A DNA stretch of 64,000 nucleotides from the human T2T-CHM13v2.0 reference genome, Homo sapiens: assembly GCF_009914755.1 (NCBI RefSeq), contig NC_060936.1; one strand, given 5' to 3'. The translations under genes were made by a program, and so were the position numbers. The notes below the pieces were generated by a model. That model was not told the origin of the DNA and ran no database searches. It saw only the letters and a program-made list of their open reading frames with translations. Positions 1 to 12,827 of the stretch are shown one piece after another (the stretch's first letter is position 1; each line of letters opens with the position of its first letter).

Positions 1-225
1 ACAATAACATTACCATTGGTCTTGAAAGACAAACCCCTTGTTATCTGCAGGGGATTCATTTTAGGACCCATGTAGAGTGGATGTGCAAATCCTTGAGACA
101 AAATGATGCTGACTGTACATCCTTAATGAATGTATTATTTCAATTTGTTTGGTTTCAGCTTCATAAATATGACATTATACTATGTGCAATTTCCTGAAAC
201 TTGCTTTTTTCACTCAACATTTTAC

Positions 226-2883
226 AGGATATATCTGTAGGTTCCGCAACCATGATATAGTAGTCCATTTTCACACTGCTATAAAGAACTGCCCAAGACT
301 GAGTAATTTATAAAAAAAAAGAAGTTTAATTGACTCACAGTGCAGCATGGCTTGGGAAGCCTCAGGAAACTTACTATCATAGCAGAAGGGGAAGCAGGCA
401 TGTCTTACATGGCAGCAGGTGAGAGAGAGAGGAATGAGTGTGAAGGAGGAACTGTCCAACACTTATAAAATCATCAGATCTCATGAGAACTCACTCACTA
501 TCACAAGAACAGCATAGGGTAAACTTTCCCCATGATCCAATCACCTCCCACCTGGTCCCTCCCTTGACACATGGGGAATATGGGGATTACAATTTGAGAT
601 GAAATTTGGGTAGGGACACAGAGCCAAACCATAGCATACTGCCCCTGGCCTCTCCCAAGTCTCACATATTTTTTCATTTCAAAACCTATCATGCCTTCCC
701 AACAGTTTCCCAGAGTCTTAACTCATTTCAGCATTAACCCAAAACTCCAAGTCAAAAGTCTCATCTGAGACAAGGCAAGTCCCTTCCTCGTAGAAGCCTG
801 TAAAATCAAAAGCAAGTTAGTTACTTCCAAGATACAATGGGGGTGCAGGCATTGGATAAATGCTCTCATTCCAAATGGGAGAAATTGTCCAAAAGCAAGG
901 GGCTATAGGCCCCAAGCAAGTCCAAAATCCAGCAGGACAGTCATCACATCTTAAAGCTCCAAAACAATCTTCTTCTAACCATGTCTCACATCCAGGTCAC
1001 ACTGATGCAAGAGGTGGGCTCCCATGGCCTTGGGCAGTTCTGACCCCATGGCTTTGCAGGGTACAGCCCCACCCAACCACCACCCCCAGCTGCTTTCACA
1101 GCTGGTGTTGAGTGTCTGCATCTTTTCCAGATGCATGGTGTGGGTTGTCAGTGGATCTACAATTCTGGGCTCTGGAGGACAGTGGCCCTCTTCTCACAGC
1201 TCCACTAGGCAGTGCTCCAGTGGGGACTCTGTGTAGGGGCTCCAACCCCACATTTCCCTTCTGAACTGCCCTAGCAGAGGTTCTCCATGAGGGCTCCACC
1301 CCTGCAGCACACATCTGCCTGGACATCCAGGCATTTCCATACATCCTCCGAAATCTATGCGGAGGTTCCCAAAACTCAATTCTTGACTTCTGTAAACCCA
1401 CAGGACTAACATAATGTGGAAGCCACCAAGGCTTGGGGCTTCCACCCCATGAAGCAACACTCCAAGTGGTACCCTGGCCCCTTTTAGCCACAGCTGAGAC
1501 TGAAATAGCTGGAATGCAAGGCACAGAGCAGAGGGACCCTGGGCCCTGCCCATGAAGCCATTTTTTCCTCCTAGCCCTACAGGCCAGTGATGGGAGGGCC
1601 TGCAGGGAAGGTCTCTGACATGCCCTGGAGTCATGTTCCCCATTGACTTGATGATTAACATTCAGCTCCTCATTACTTATGTAAATTTCTGTAGGTGGCT
1701 TGAATTTCTCCCTAGAAAATGGGTTTTTCTTTTCTATTACATCATCAGGCTGCAACTTTTCCAAACGTTTTATGCTCTCTGCTCCCCTTTTTCCAAACGT
1801 TTTATGCTCTGCTTCCCTTTTAAACATAAGTTCTAATTTGAGGTCATCTCATTCAAGTTCAAAGTTCCACAGATCTCTAGGGCAGGGGCAAAATGGCACC
1901 AGTCTCTTTGCTAAAGCATAGCAAGAGTCACCTTTACTCCAGTTCCCAAGAAATTCTTCATCTCCATCTGAGACCACCTTAGCCTGGACTTCATTGTCCA
2001 TACCATTATCAGCATTTTGGTCAAAACCATTCAGCAGGTCCCCAGGAAGTTCCAATCTTTCCTACATCTTCCTGTCTTCTTCTGAGCCCCCCAAACTGTT
2101 CCAACCTCTGTCTGTGTGGGACAGACAACTCTGTGGGGACACAGAGTTCCAAAGTCACTTCCACATTTTCAAGTATCTTTATAGCAGTGCCCCACTCTTG
2201 GTACCAATTTATTGTACTAGTCCATTTTCACCCTGATATAAAGAACTGCCTGAGACTGGGTAATTTATAAAGAAAGTAAGGTTAATTGACTTATAGTTCC
2301 ACATGGCTGAGGAGGCCTCAGGAAACTTACTATCATGGCAGAAGGGGAAGCAGGCACATCTTACATGGCAGCAGGCAAGAGAGAGGAGAGAGGGTGAAAA
2401 CAAAAACTATCAAATACTTATAAAACCATCAGATCTCATGAGAATTCACTCACTATCACGAGAACAACATGGGAATCTGTCTCCATGATCCAATCACCAT
2501 TAACCAGGTGCCTTTCTTGACATGTAGGGATTATGGGAATTATAATTCAAGATGAGATTTGGGTGGGGACACAGAGCCAAACCATATCACATGGATTCAT
2601 CCAACCGTGGATCAAAAATATTCAAAAAATTGAAAACTTCACCTGTACTGAAAATGTATAGACTTTTTTGCTTGTCATTATTCTCTAAACAATACAGTAT
2701 CACAACTATTTATGTAGCGTTCATATTCTATTAGGTATTATAAGTGATCTAGAGATGATTTATAGTACACAAGATGATTTGCATAGGTTATAGGCAAATA
2801 CTACAGCCATTTTATAGCAGACACCTGAGCATCTGTGGGAGATTCTAAAATCAATCCTCCTCGAATACTAAGGGAAGACTGTA
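226..2883 (-). mobile_element. MER2 (TcMar-Tigger) non-autonomous DNA transposon, split by THE1D (pieces ~226-255 and 2590-2883)
   Basis: Removing THE1D rejoins ggttccgcaac-catggattcatccaaccgtggatcaaaaatattc. The element ends in agggaagactg-ta and has TA flanks. Confidence 0.8.
256..2589 (-). mobile_element. Full-length THE1D-like MaLR provirus (LTR 256-636, internal 637-2212, LTR 2213-2589)
   Basis: Two similar ~380-bp LTRs ending gagccaaaccata(g/t)ca surround a ~1.58-kb THE1-int. 5-bp TSD catga (251-255) / catgg (2590-2594). Confidence 0.92.
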
Positions 2884-3286
2884 TTTCGAAGCTGGGTTTG
2901 TGTTGTTGCATCCAGTTGTATTTCATTCATTTTCACAGTTGTATAATCCATTGTATGAATATAACAAAGTATACACATCCATTTCTTGTCAAGGGATATT
3001 TGGCATATTTCCAGGTTTTTGCCATTGTGAACAATACAACTAGAAGTATTCCTATACATATCTCTTGGTTCACATGTGTAAGAGTTTTTCTAGGACTTAT
3101 GCATGAGAAAAAATTATTGGTCATAGGGAATGCATGTGTTTATGTTTACAAGATAAGCCTAAATAGTTTTCCAAAGTGATTATCCTAATTTACATCCCCA
3201 CCAGCAACAATGTGTAAGTTTCCATTACTCCACACATTGCCAACACTTGATGTAGAAAAGCTTATATTTCTGTGGCATTCTAGTGG

Positions 3287-3650
3287 TGTGTCAGTCCATT
3301 ATCATGCTGCTAATAAAGGCATACCCAAGACTGGGTAATTTATAAAGGAAAAAGATTTAATTGACTTACAGTTAAGCATGGCTGGAGAGGCCTCAGGCAA
3401 CTTGCAAACATACTGGAGGGGAAAGCAAACACGTCCTTCCTCCAATGGCAGCAGGAAGGAGAAGTGCTGAGCAAAGGGGGAAAGGCCCCATATAAACCCA
3501 TCAGATCTCAGTGACTATCATGAGAACAGCATGGGAGAACCACTCCCATGATTCAATTACCTTCCATCAGATCCCTCCCATGACATGTGGGGATTATGAG
3601 AACTACAATTCAAGATGAGATTTGGGTGGGGATATAGCCAAACCATATCA
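3287..3650 (-). mobile_element. THE1C-like solo LTR
   Basis: tgtgtcagtcc...agccaaaccatatca with perfect TSD agtgg (3282-3286 / 3651-3655). Confidence 0.9.
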
Positions 3651-5079
3651 AGTGGGTATAAAATGATATCCATTTTTGGCCTTACTATGCATTTACCTGA
3701 GTGTTGCTGAAGATTAATGTTTGTTTTTTAATGATGCTTGTTTTTAACCTATGACTTTCATTGGTATCTATTAATTTCTGAACAGTGAATAATTTTTCAA
3801 GTAAGCAGACAGTATTATCATTTCTTTGTTTCCATCAACAAGATCATGTCAAGTTTTTTTCATTAAATTGGCCAATCCATGTGGAGTTTTGAGCTGTGTC
3901 TGTGATTACCTGTTTTGGTCTACTTTATTACAGGTATGTTGGAATCTCTTTTAAGAAGCTAGACACTTTTCCATGAACTTTACCAAATATATGTCTTTAT
4001 AACAATCTTTAGGAAATGTATTTGTACATATGTTCACTTGACTAATAATCTTTTCCCAATAGTGTTTTGTATATTTTCTAAGAATAATTATTCTAATGTC
4101 AAACTTAATTTGCTTTCCAAGTTTTAACTCTTCAATTTCACTTTTTAACAATAATTTTAATCCTATTCTTCAACTTTGTAGTTGAAAAACATTCTATAAA
4201 TTATATTGTTACTTTCCAACTCTGATGAAACAAATATATGGTACTTCTATAACAAAAAAAAAGACACACAACATAAACAATATCTGGAACAAAAACTTAT
4301 TTTCTCCAGAAGCCATTTGAAGAAAGCATTAGTACTTGGCCTGTAAAAATTATTTTTTTCAGGTAAGATCAGAAGAAGTACTATAGGAGTTGAATTGAAG
4401 GCACCACACTAATCAAACATTTGGCTCCACACAGGTTTGTTACATTAATTATCTGTCTCACACAACATCGGGAGGCAATTTTTGATTGTATACCATGCCA
4501 GTTACTGGTTATTACAATACAAATAGATATACATCCTGCCTCTGATCTGTCATTATATAATTTCTAAGAATGGGTTCTGTTTCTTTGAATATTTTCATGC
4601 ATACACATCAAATTTTTCTTATTCATTGCACATGACTAGAATAGCAGTATAACTTCTATCAAACACAGTTTTATGACTTTATAGGACTTAGCTAGCTATA
4701 CCTGTGGATACCACTTCCATCTCTGAACCTCTGCCAGTTAAACTATTTTATTAAAATCTATTGATGTAATCATGGTGCAGGAATGTTAAAAAAAAAAAAA
4801 AAAAAAAAACCTGTATCTTTCTGGTATGGTACTATAGGAATCCAGCCTCTTGGTAACCTGTTACACCGAGGCTGTCTACAAAATGATGTAATTGAAGAGT
4901 TCTAGCCAAACTATAAAACCAAGGAAATATATATTATCTCTGTAACAGCTTTACATCTAAAAGATGAACAACTGTCACTACCTTTAAAATAAGATGTCAA
5001 TACGTGACTTCTTTCCATATTTCCAACCAGTTCAAAGCTGGAGATGGCATACAATCAATGCTCAGATTTAAAAATATCA

Positions 5080-6290
5080 TAGAAACTATCTCCTGTGCTA
5101 GAGTTAACTTTGCTGTCTGCCTCTTCCTGGCCTCTCTGTAACATGAACACAGTTGAGCATACCCTTATTTTTTAACACTTTCCTCTCTTCTGGGAGTGAG
5201 GCTTTGAACACTCTCACAATCTTGGCTCTCCTATTGCCTTACTGGCCTCTCACTGTCAGGGTGTTTTGCTGGCATTTGCTCTTCCGGCTGACCTCTGATG
5301 GTTATTGCAGCACCTCAGGCCCTGTTAGAGCCTTCTCTGTTTACAATTTTGACCCAGATGATCTCATGTCTTTAATACAACCTCTTCACTGTTCATTCAC
5401 AACATTTTTCTCCAGCCTTGATATCCTATCTGTGCCAAACCTGCACATTCAATTGACAATTTGGCACCACCAGTTAGGTAGCTAACAGGCATCTCAAACC
5501 TAACATATCCTGAGTAGAGTGATGCATTTTCATCCTTCTACCCTGTCTACGATCCCTCTCCCATTCTTCATTGCACCACCATCCAACCTAGCCAAAAATT
5601 TATAAGTCACCTGTGATTTCTCCCTTTCCCTCATTCCCATTTTCAACCTGTCATCCCATCATTTTAAATATTCTTTAAATCCATCCGCTTTTTTACACTT
5701 CTATTCTTGCCCAACGCTGACCTTCACTTCAACAATGAACTCCTATCTGATCTCTCTGCTTCTATTCTTCACCACACAATTCTTTCTACTAATAACATAC
5801 AGGGCCACCATTTTCTACTTCATGTGTAAATCTCACCACTGCCCCACTTGAAAAATTACAGTGTAGTACCAATGTACTATGACTTACAATAAAATCCCAA
5901 CCTCCTTACCATAACCTAATAGACTACTAGGGATCTGGCCTCATTCTGCCTCTCCCATTTGACCACCTATCCTTCTCCCCCTCCCTCACTTCCTTTGTGA
6001 AACTGCCAAACTCAAGTTCTGAAGCCCATTACACTGCTCATTCTTCATTTCTCTCTTCAAGTTTAATCTCTTTAGAGAGGCTTTCCAATTATGTGTACTT
6101 CAGCACTCAATTCATTTTTACCACAATGAACACTGCTATCAATAATTTATTTATAAATGTTTTGGTATATTTTCTGACTCCAGCATCTAAGTTCCGTAAG
6201 AGAAAACTTTTCTGTTGTCTTCACCACTGTGTTCCCATGTACTGAGTCTAGAACACTGGCTGGCTCAATAAATATTTATTAGATAAATAA
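5080..6290 (+). mobile_element. L2 LINE fossil (3' region)
   Basis: ggcatctcaaacctaacat, C/T-rich body, and 3' terminus ggctcaataaatatttattagataaataa. Confidence 0.75.
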
Positions 6291-8895
6291 ATTTTTAAAG
6301 CCCCTCTCCTTAATACCAAATAACCACCAAAAAACAAGGCCATGTTTTTGTTAATTTTCATGTCAAATTTTAAAATATTGGATAAATTGCTTGATTTGCG
6401 TGCTATTCTTTAATTTTAAGAAGTAGTCACTTAAAAATTCTACAGTTTTTTTGTATGTCAACTACTGTATGTGAGTCAAAAATGCAATTGCACTCACAAA
6501 GTCAAAAAGTTCACTTCTATTTTTCCTTCTGAGAGAATTCAAGAGTAAAACCCTCTTCTTTACAAAGTCAATTGTAATTTACACCCATTAAGTTATCTGC
6601 CTTTCCAGACAATGGAATAATAATAGTCTAAGTAGTTTGAGAAAAATGCCTGGCTTTTGGCAAGTCCTGCTATTCTTTTCAAGATCTATCATCTGAAATT
6701 ACTGAAGATTTCTGTATCTTCAAAGCTCTTCTTTTCAGACACTAAGAAACTGACACAATATTATAGAAGTTAAAAGTAGAAACCTCAAAGCATCCTTCTG
6801 TATCAACTACATTATTAATTTGATAAACATAAAATATGTTTATCAGAGTCAATACACACCAGCAGCTAGTGGTGGTGTTCTAAAAAATATAACACACACA
6901 ATGGGTCCTCAGACTGTGCAGCCACCGTACCAGGTTGAATACAAACAATCTCCAGTATGGAATCTGGACACTTGGATCAAAAAACACTACAGGTTTTTCC
7001 CTAGTGGTACAAACTCCCCAAAAACTCATGTATTTAAGAGGCAGAGTAGAAAAGTGAGAAGGTAAAGATTTTAGATTTAAATTCAAAAATGCAGCCCTGC
7101 CTTTTACTAGTTTGTACTTGAGCATATTACATGTTTCCTTCATGAAATATTCTTGGAGCAACCACTCTCCCAGGTGCTGTGGTAGGTGCTAGGGCTCTAA
7201 AAATAAAGTAAGATTTGGTCTTTGATTTCAAACAGTTTACAGCTTTAGTTTTCTCCTAAATAAAATGGGAATAATACTACTAATCCCATTGATGATCAAC
7301 CAAGGTAAAGAAGGCAACATACTCAGCAAAAAGAAAAGACTCAGTAAATAACCTGTTTTTATAATTCTCAACTAATGGTCTATGTGGGATTCCCCCTAGC
7401 AACTTACGGTATACATATGAGAGAAAAATTTAGACTCATTCCATTTCCCTCATTCGGTCCCACTGGAAAAAAATTATACTCTAATTATTGATTTGGGCAT
7501 AAAATGAATGATACTAAAAAACAGTTTATTTGCAAATTTTCAGTGTGCCTAAAGGTTTAGTTAATAAATGTTTCATTGTCCTCAAGTCTTTGATTCAATA
7601 AAATGTTACAAAAATCTACTGTGTTGATTTTACCAATGAAGATGTTTTTAAACATAGTATCTTCAACAGGTTGCCATTAAAAAATAGATACTAAAAAGCA
7701 GTCAGAGGAAAGCTTACCTTCAGTACCTACTGGACATTCAAAAGGTTTTGCTCCTTTTGATTTCTGGATCTCTACTTTATAATAATTAATTGGTTATGTC
7801 TAGGAATATGACCAAACAGTATTATTCTATTTTGTAGAGAATTACTATGCCAAATTCAGTAGTACATTATACTCCTATGGTGTAAAAAAGCTATTTATGA
7901 CTATCTTAAGAAGATAGTTTCTTATCTTCTCACAGCATAAGAGATTACTGTTCAAAAGTCTAGGCCATTACCAGGCCCTCTAATTGTGCTAATTATTTGA
8001 AATAACTTAAGTACCACAAAAGAAAGACCAGTAAATTGTCAGTTCTTTTGAAACTATAGTTCAATAACCCAATGTTACTATTACCCTAACATCAAGATTC
8101 TAATTTAGAGAGTTATGAATAACAATGAGGATTCAAATTAAATAAAATAAATTATTAGCTTACCCCCTCAGAAGTTAAAATGGTCTTGATATTATTTCAT
8201 TAGCATTGAGGATTAGGTTTAATATTTTTTGTAAATGAATGTGTAAACTGCAAAGTTCTAAATAAATGTACATAATTAGCATGACCAGATAATCTCAATA
8301 TCACCAGATAGATCATTGTTACATATATCAAAGACAGTGGGGGTCACCAGAAAAAATATCCTCATATCCAATTAGTCTGAAATGAGATTTCAATCAAGGA
8401 AAAGCTCTTGTCCTCCTCATGTATGAAAGCAAAGGATAATGCAGAATTTCTTTTTCATACACAGGAGAAAATAACTTTGAAAATTACTGAAAAGGCAAAT
8501 ACTCATTTTATTAAATCCCCTAACAAAATGCCTTTGACAACTCTTGATTGCCACCAGGCACACAGACACACTCACACACAGGCCCCAGAGCTCTCTGCTT
8601 TTCAATACTTTAACAATTCATCTGAGTATACATGGAGAAAGCCTGAACTCAGTAATCATGTTGTTAACATACATCTTTACTACTTTAATCTCTCTTTTAA
8701 CAAAGAAAGTATACTAATTCAGAGTAACTTCAGAGACATGAAATTGGTCCTTAATGGATTGCCAAGAAAAAGTATACCTATTCCAAATATTGAATCTTCA
8801 TTAGCAAATACAAAAGAGCCACATGTAGCCCACCACACTGCAGAATATCACACTCGGTAAGTTATGAGGATGATGTCATAAACTCTTTTACAAAG

Positions 8896-11256
8896 TGATA
8901 TGGTTTGGCTGTGTCCCCACCCAAATCTCATGTTGAATTGTAGTTCCCATAATCCGCAAATGTCATGGGAGGGACCCAGTGGGAGGTAACTGAATCATGG
9001 GAGTGGGTTTTTCCTGTGCAGTTCTCATGATAGTGAATAAGTCTCACGAGATCTGATGGTTTTATAAAGGGCAATTCCTCTGCATATGCTCTCTTGCCTG
9101 CTGCCATGTAAGACGTGACTTTGTTCCTCCTTTGCCTTCTGCCATGATTGTGAGACCTCTCCAGCCAGGTGGAACTGTGAGTCCTTTAAACTTCCTTTCC
9201 TTTATAAATTACTCAGTCTTGGGTATGTCTTTATTAACAATATGAGAACAGACTAATACAGTAAATTGGTACTGGGTAGTGGGGTGCTTCTGTAAAGATA
9301 CCCGAAAATGTGGAAGTGACTTTGGAACTGGGTAACAGGCAGAGGTTTGAACAGTTTGGAAGGCCCAGAAGCCAGGAAGATATGGGAAAGTTTGGATCTT
9401 CCTGGAAACTGGTTGAATGGCTTTGACCAAAATGCTGATAGCAATATGGACAATGCAGTCCAGGCTGAGGTGGTTATCAGATGGAGATGAGGAACTTGTT
9501 GGGAACTGGAGTAAAGGTAATGCTTGCTACGCTTTAGCAAAGAGACTGGCAGAATTTTGCCCCTGCTCTAGAGATCTGTGAAAGTTTGAACTTGAGAGAG
9601 ACGATTTAGGGTATCTGGCAGAAGAAATTTCTAGGCAGCAAAGCATTCAAGAGCTGACTTGAGTGCCATTAAAAGCATTCAGTTTTATGTATTCACAAAG
9701 ACATGGTTTGGAATTGGCACTTAGGTTTAAAAGGGACGCAGAGCATAAAAGTTTGGAAAATTTGTAGCCTGATGATGTGATAGAAAAGAAAAACCCATTT
9801 TCTGTGGAGAAATTCTAGCTGGCTGAACAGATTTGCATAAGCAATGAAGAGCCAAATGTTAATCACCAAGATAGTGGGGAAAATGTCTCCGGGACATGTC
9901 AGAGACATTCTGCACAGGCCCTCCCATCACAGGACTGGAGGCCTGGGAGAAAAAGATAATTCTGTGGGCTGGGCCCAGTGCCCTACTCTTCTATGCAGCC
10001 TCAGGACATGGTGCCCTGCATCCCAGCTGCTTCAACTTCAGCCATGACTAAAAGGGGTCAATGTACAGCTCAGGCCATTGCTTCAGAGGGTTCAAGCCCC
10101 AAGTCTTGGCAGCTTACATGTGGTGTTGGGCCTGTTGGTGCAGAGAAGTTAAGAATGAGGTTTGGGAACCTCCACCTAGATTTCAGAAGATGTATGGAAA
10201 TGCCTGGATCTCCAGGCAGAAGTTTGCTGCAGGGGTGGGGCCCTCATGGAGAACCTTAGCTAAAGCAGTGTAGAAGAGAAATGTGGTGTTGGAACCCTCA
10301 CACGGAGTGCCCACTGAGACACTGCCTTGTGGATCTGTGAGAAGAGGGCCACCATCTTCCAGACCCCATAATGGTATCCACCGACAGTTGTAGCATGCAC
10401 CTGAAAAAGCTGCAGACACTCAACACCCATGAAAGCAGGCAGGAGCGGGGGATGTACCCTGCAAAGCCACAAGGGTGGAGCTGCCCAAGGCTATGGGAGC
10501 TCACCTTTTGCATCGGTGTGCCCTGGATGTGAGACATGGACTCAAAGGAGATCATTTTGGAACTTTAAGTTTTAATGACTGCCCTATTGAATTTTGGGCT
10601 TGCATGAGGCCTGCAGGCCCTTTGTTTTGGCCATTTCTGCTATTTGGAATGGGTATATTACCCAATGTCTGTACCCCATTGTATCTAGGAAGTAACCAAC
10701 TTGGCTTTTGATTTTATGGGCTCATAGGCAGAAGGGACTGCCTTGTCTCAGATGAGACTTTGGACTGTGGACTTTTGAGCTAATGCTGGAATGAATTAAG
10801 ACTTTGGGGGACTGTTGGGAAGGCATAATTGGTTTTGCAATGTGAGGAAATTAGATTTGGAAGGGGCCAGGGTGAAATGATATGGTTTGTGTCCCCACCC
10901 AAATCTCATCTTGAATTATAGCTTTCATAATTCTCATGTGTCATGGGAGGGACACAGTGGGAGGTAATCAAATGATGGGGGCAGATCTTTCTGGTGCTTT
11001 TCTCATGATAGTGAATAAATGCCATGAAATCTGATGGTTTTATAAAAGGGCACTCCCCGGCACACACTGTCTTGCCTGTTGCCATGTAAGACAACAGGCA
11101 AGACAATGTATGACTTTGCTCCTCCTTCACCTGCAGCCGTGATTATGAGGCCTCCCCAGCCATGTGTAACTGTAAGTCTATTAATCTGCTTTCCTTTATA
11201 AATTACCCCATCTCTCAGGTATGTCTTTATTAGCAGCATGAGAACGGACTAATACA
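8896..11256 (+). mobile_element. Full-length THE1B-like MaLR provirus (LTR 8896-9260, internal 9261-10877, LTR 10878-11256)
   Basis: Both LTRs run tgatatggtttg...gactaataca. Perfect TSD caaag (8891-8895 / 11257-11261). Confidence 0.93.
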
Positions 11257-11949
11257 CAAAGATACGGATTCCAGGTAGGCTCAAAAAAACACAAAGAATA
11301 TAGATTTTTAAAGTTTCTAACCTAGTGATACGCAGTGCTAAGATGTCTCAAAACTGAGTCTGCCAAGAACCAGACACCCAAAATATAATACCAAATTATG
11401 GTCCACTAAATATAATATTAAAGAACATGAACCTATTCAGAGTAAATTTAGGCAAACCTCTTTATGGAGCAACATAAACATGGTTTTTGCCTGTATCTAA
11501 GAATGACAGGAGAACTATATAATATGCCATGGTCTTTCCCATTCCAATATTTAACTGTATGATCAGAATGTTGTATTCTCAGCAAAACTAAACCAAAATG
11601 ATATCAGCTTTTCCCCAAAATCAGTTTATTCTCCTGCCTAAAGTGTAATTTTTCATCCTAGAGTGATCCAGTAGTGCAATTTCAGGAAGCAAGTTTTGCG
11701 TGAAGGAGCCTGCACTTCACTGTCGGACAGTTACAAGAGATGACAGTTTGTAATCCCATGGACACAGTGAAGGATGTTCACATATCAGAAAATCTAGAGA
11801 GAAAGGCATCCAGGGCCCTGCACAGGATGAGAAGTCAGCCACAAATTCATAAACTATAACAAGCATTTTGACCTTGAAGTCACAACATTTTCAAGGTTCC
11901 ATTATTTTATGTGTAAAAATGGAGGTGAGTAACAAAAGTTTGAGGAAAG

Positions 11950-12600
11950 CCATTAAATTTTGGAGCATCCTAATATTGCTTAGGGGTACAAAGATAAATA
12001 AGGTACAGACTCTTCTCAGGGGCAAAGATGGCGAGCAGGACATCGCATATAAGGCTCTGGACCTAGGGGAAGACATCTAGGTTAGGAAATACACATTTGG
12101 AACTTATCATCATATGGGAAAATGTCAAGACTGAATCCTGATGCTATCAGCCAGGAAAGAGTATGGTGATAGCAGAGCTGTGAAAGAAAATCAATCTCTG
12201 TAGAGATGCCAATATTTAAGGAGAAGCAAAGGAAAAGATGCCTATCAAAGACTGAGTCGTGAGATGTGCTAGGAGAGTGTAAGGATAAGGCAGCCAGTAG
12301 GGATAGTCATGTGGGAAGGAACTAACTGGCAGTGGCAGATGTAGTAAAGAGCACTAAAGGGATAGGAAATTACTCACTAAATGTTTCTAGAATAGGGAAA
12401 CCAGGAATTGAGAGTGGTCACATCTAAAGGCCTCTAGTTTTTCCACAAATTAAGAGGCACCACAAACCTGTGAAAAATTAAATTGGAAGGTTTTAGTAGG
12501 GTTTTAAAGAGAGTGATCAAAGTTTGGAATATTTCCTGAGAAGAATCTGCTTAAGGAAAAATTTTCTAGGCTACTAAAAGGAACAAATACCATACTGCCT
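11950..12600 (-). mobile_element. Degenerate L2 fragment
   Basis: Purine-rich L2-like motifs (atttggaacttatcatcatat, gatgccaatatttaaggag). Confidence 0.45.
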
Positions 12601-12766
12601 TTTAAATGTGTACAGATGGGGCATACATTTAACTAATAATTATTAAAGGAGGCTATGCAAAAGGACAAAAATACGTAAGACAAATCCCTGACTACAAAAA
12701 TTCAACTGTATATGTAACTTTCAATGCAATGCAAAAAACAAGGCCCCAAAAGAGAGTAGTAAGATG

Positions 12767-12779
12767 GTGTGCGTGCTTG

Positions 12780-12824
<45 letters not shown>
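12767..12824 (+). repeat. (GT)n microsatellite
   Basis: Directly visible interrupted TG run. Confidence 0.95.

Positions 12825-12827
<3 letters not shown>

Larger units (their letters stand above)
120..3720 (-). mobile_element. Old L1M (L1MC/L1ME-like) 3' region, fragmented by MER2, THE1D and THE1C insertions (pieces ~120-225, ~2884-3286, ~3651-3720)
   Basis: Antisense L1 3'-region motifs: ttttttcactcaacat, ccattgtatgaatata, catcccaccagcaaca, ctccacacattgccaacact. The motifs continue across the inserts. Confidence 0.65.

Noticed and set aside
1096-1827. 243-aa minus-strand ORF
   Set aside because: Lies wholly in THE1D-int. It is a remnant of the MaLR internal ORF, with its start region altered by a tandem duplication. 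No sign of a host gene.
4788-4809. Orphan A22 tract as a processed pseudogene tail
   Set aside because: No TSD or recognisable upstream retrocopy. It is a simple mononucleotide run.
8408-8860. 150-aa ORF in unique DNA
   Set aside because: Non-ATG (TTG) start, no recognisable domain and no supported splice structure. Probably chance.
9253-10711. Cluster of 67-95 aa ORFs
   Set aside because: Fragments of decayed THE1B-int.
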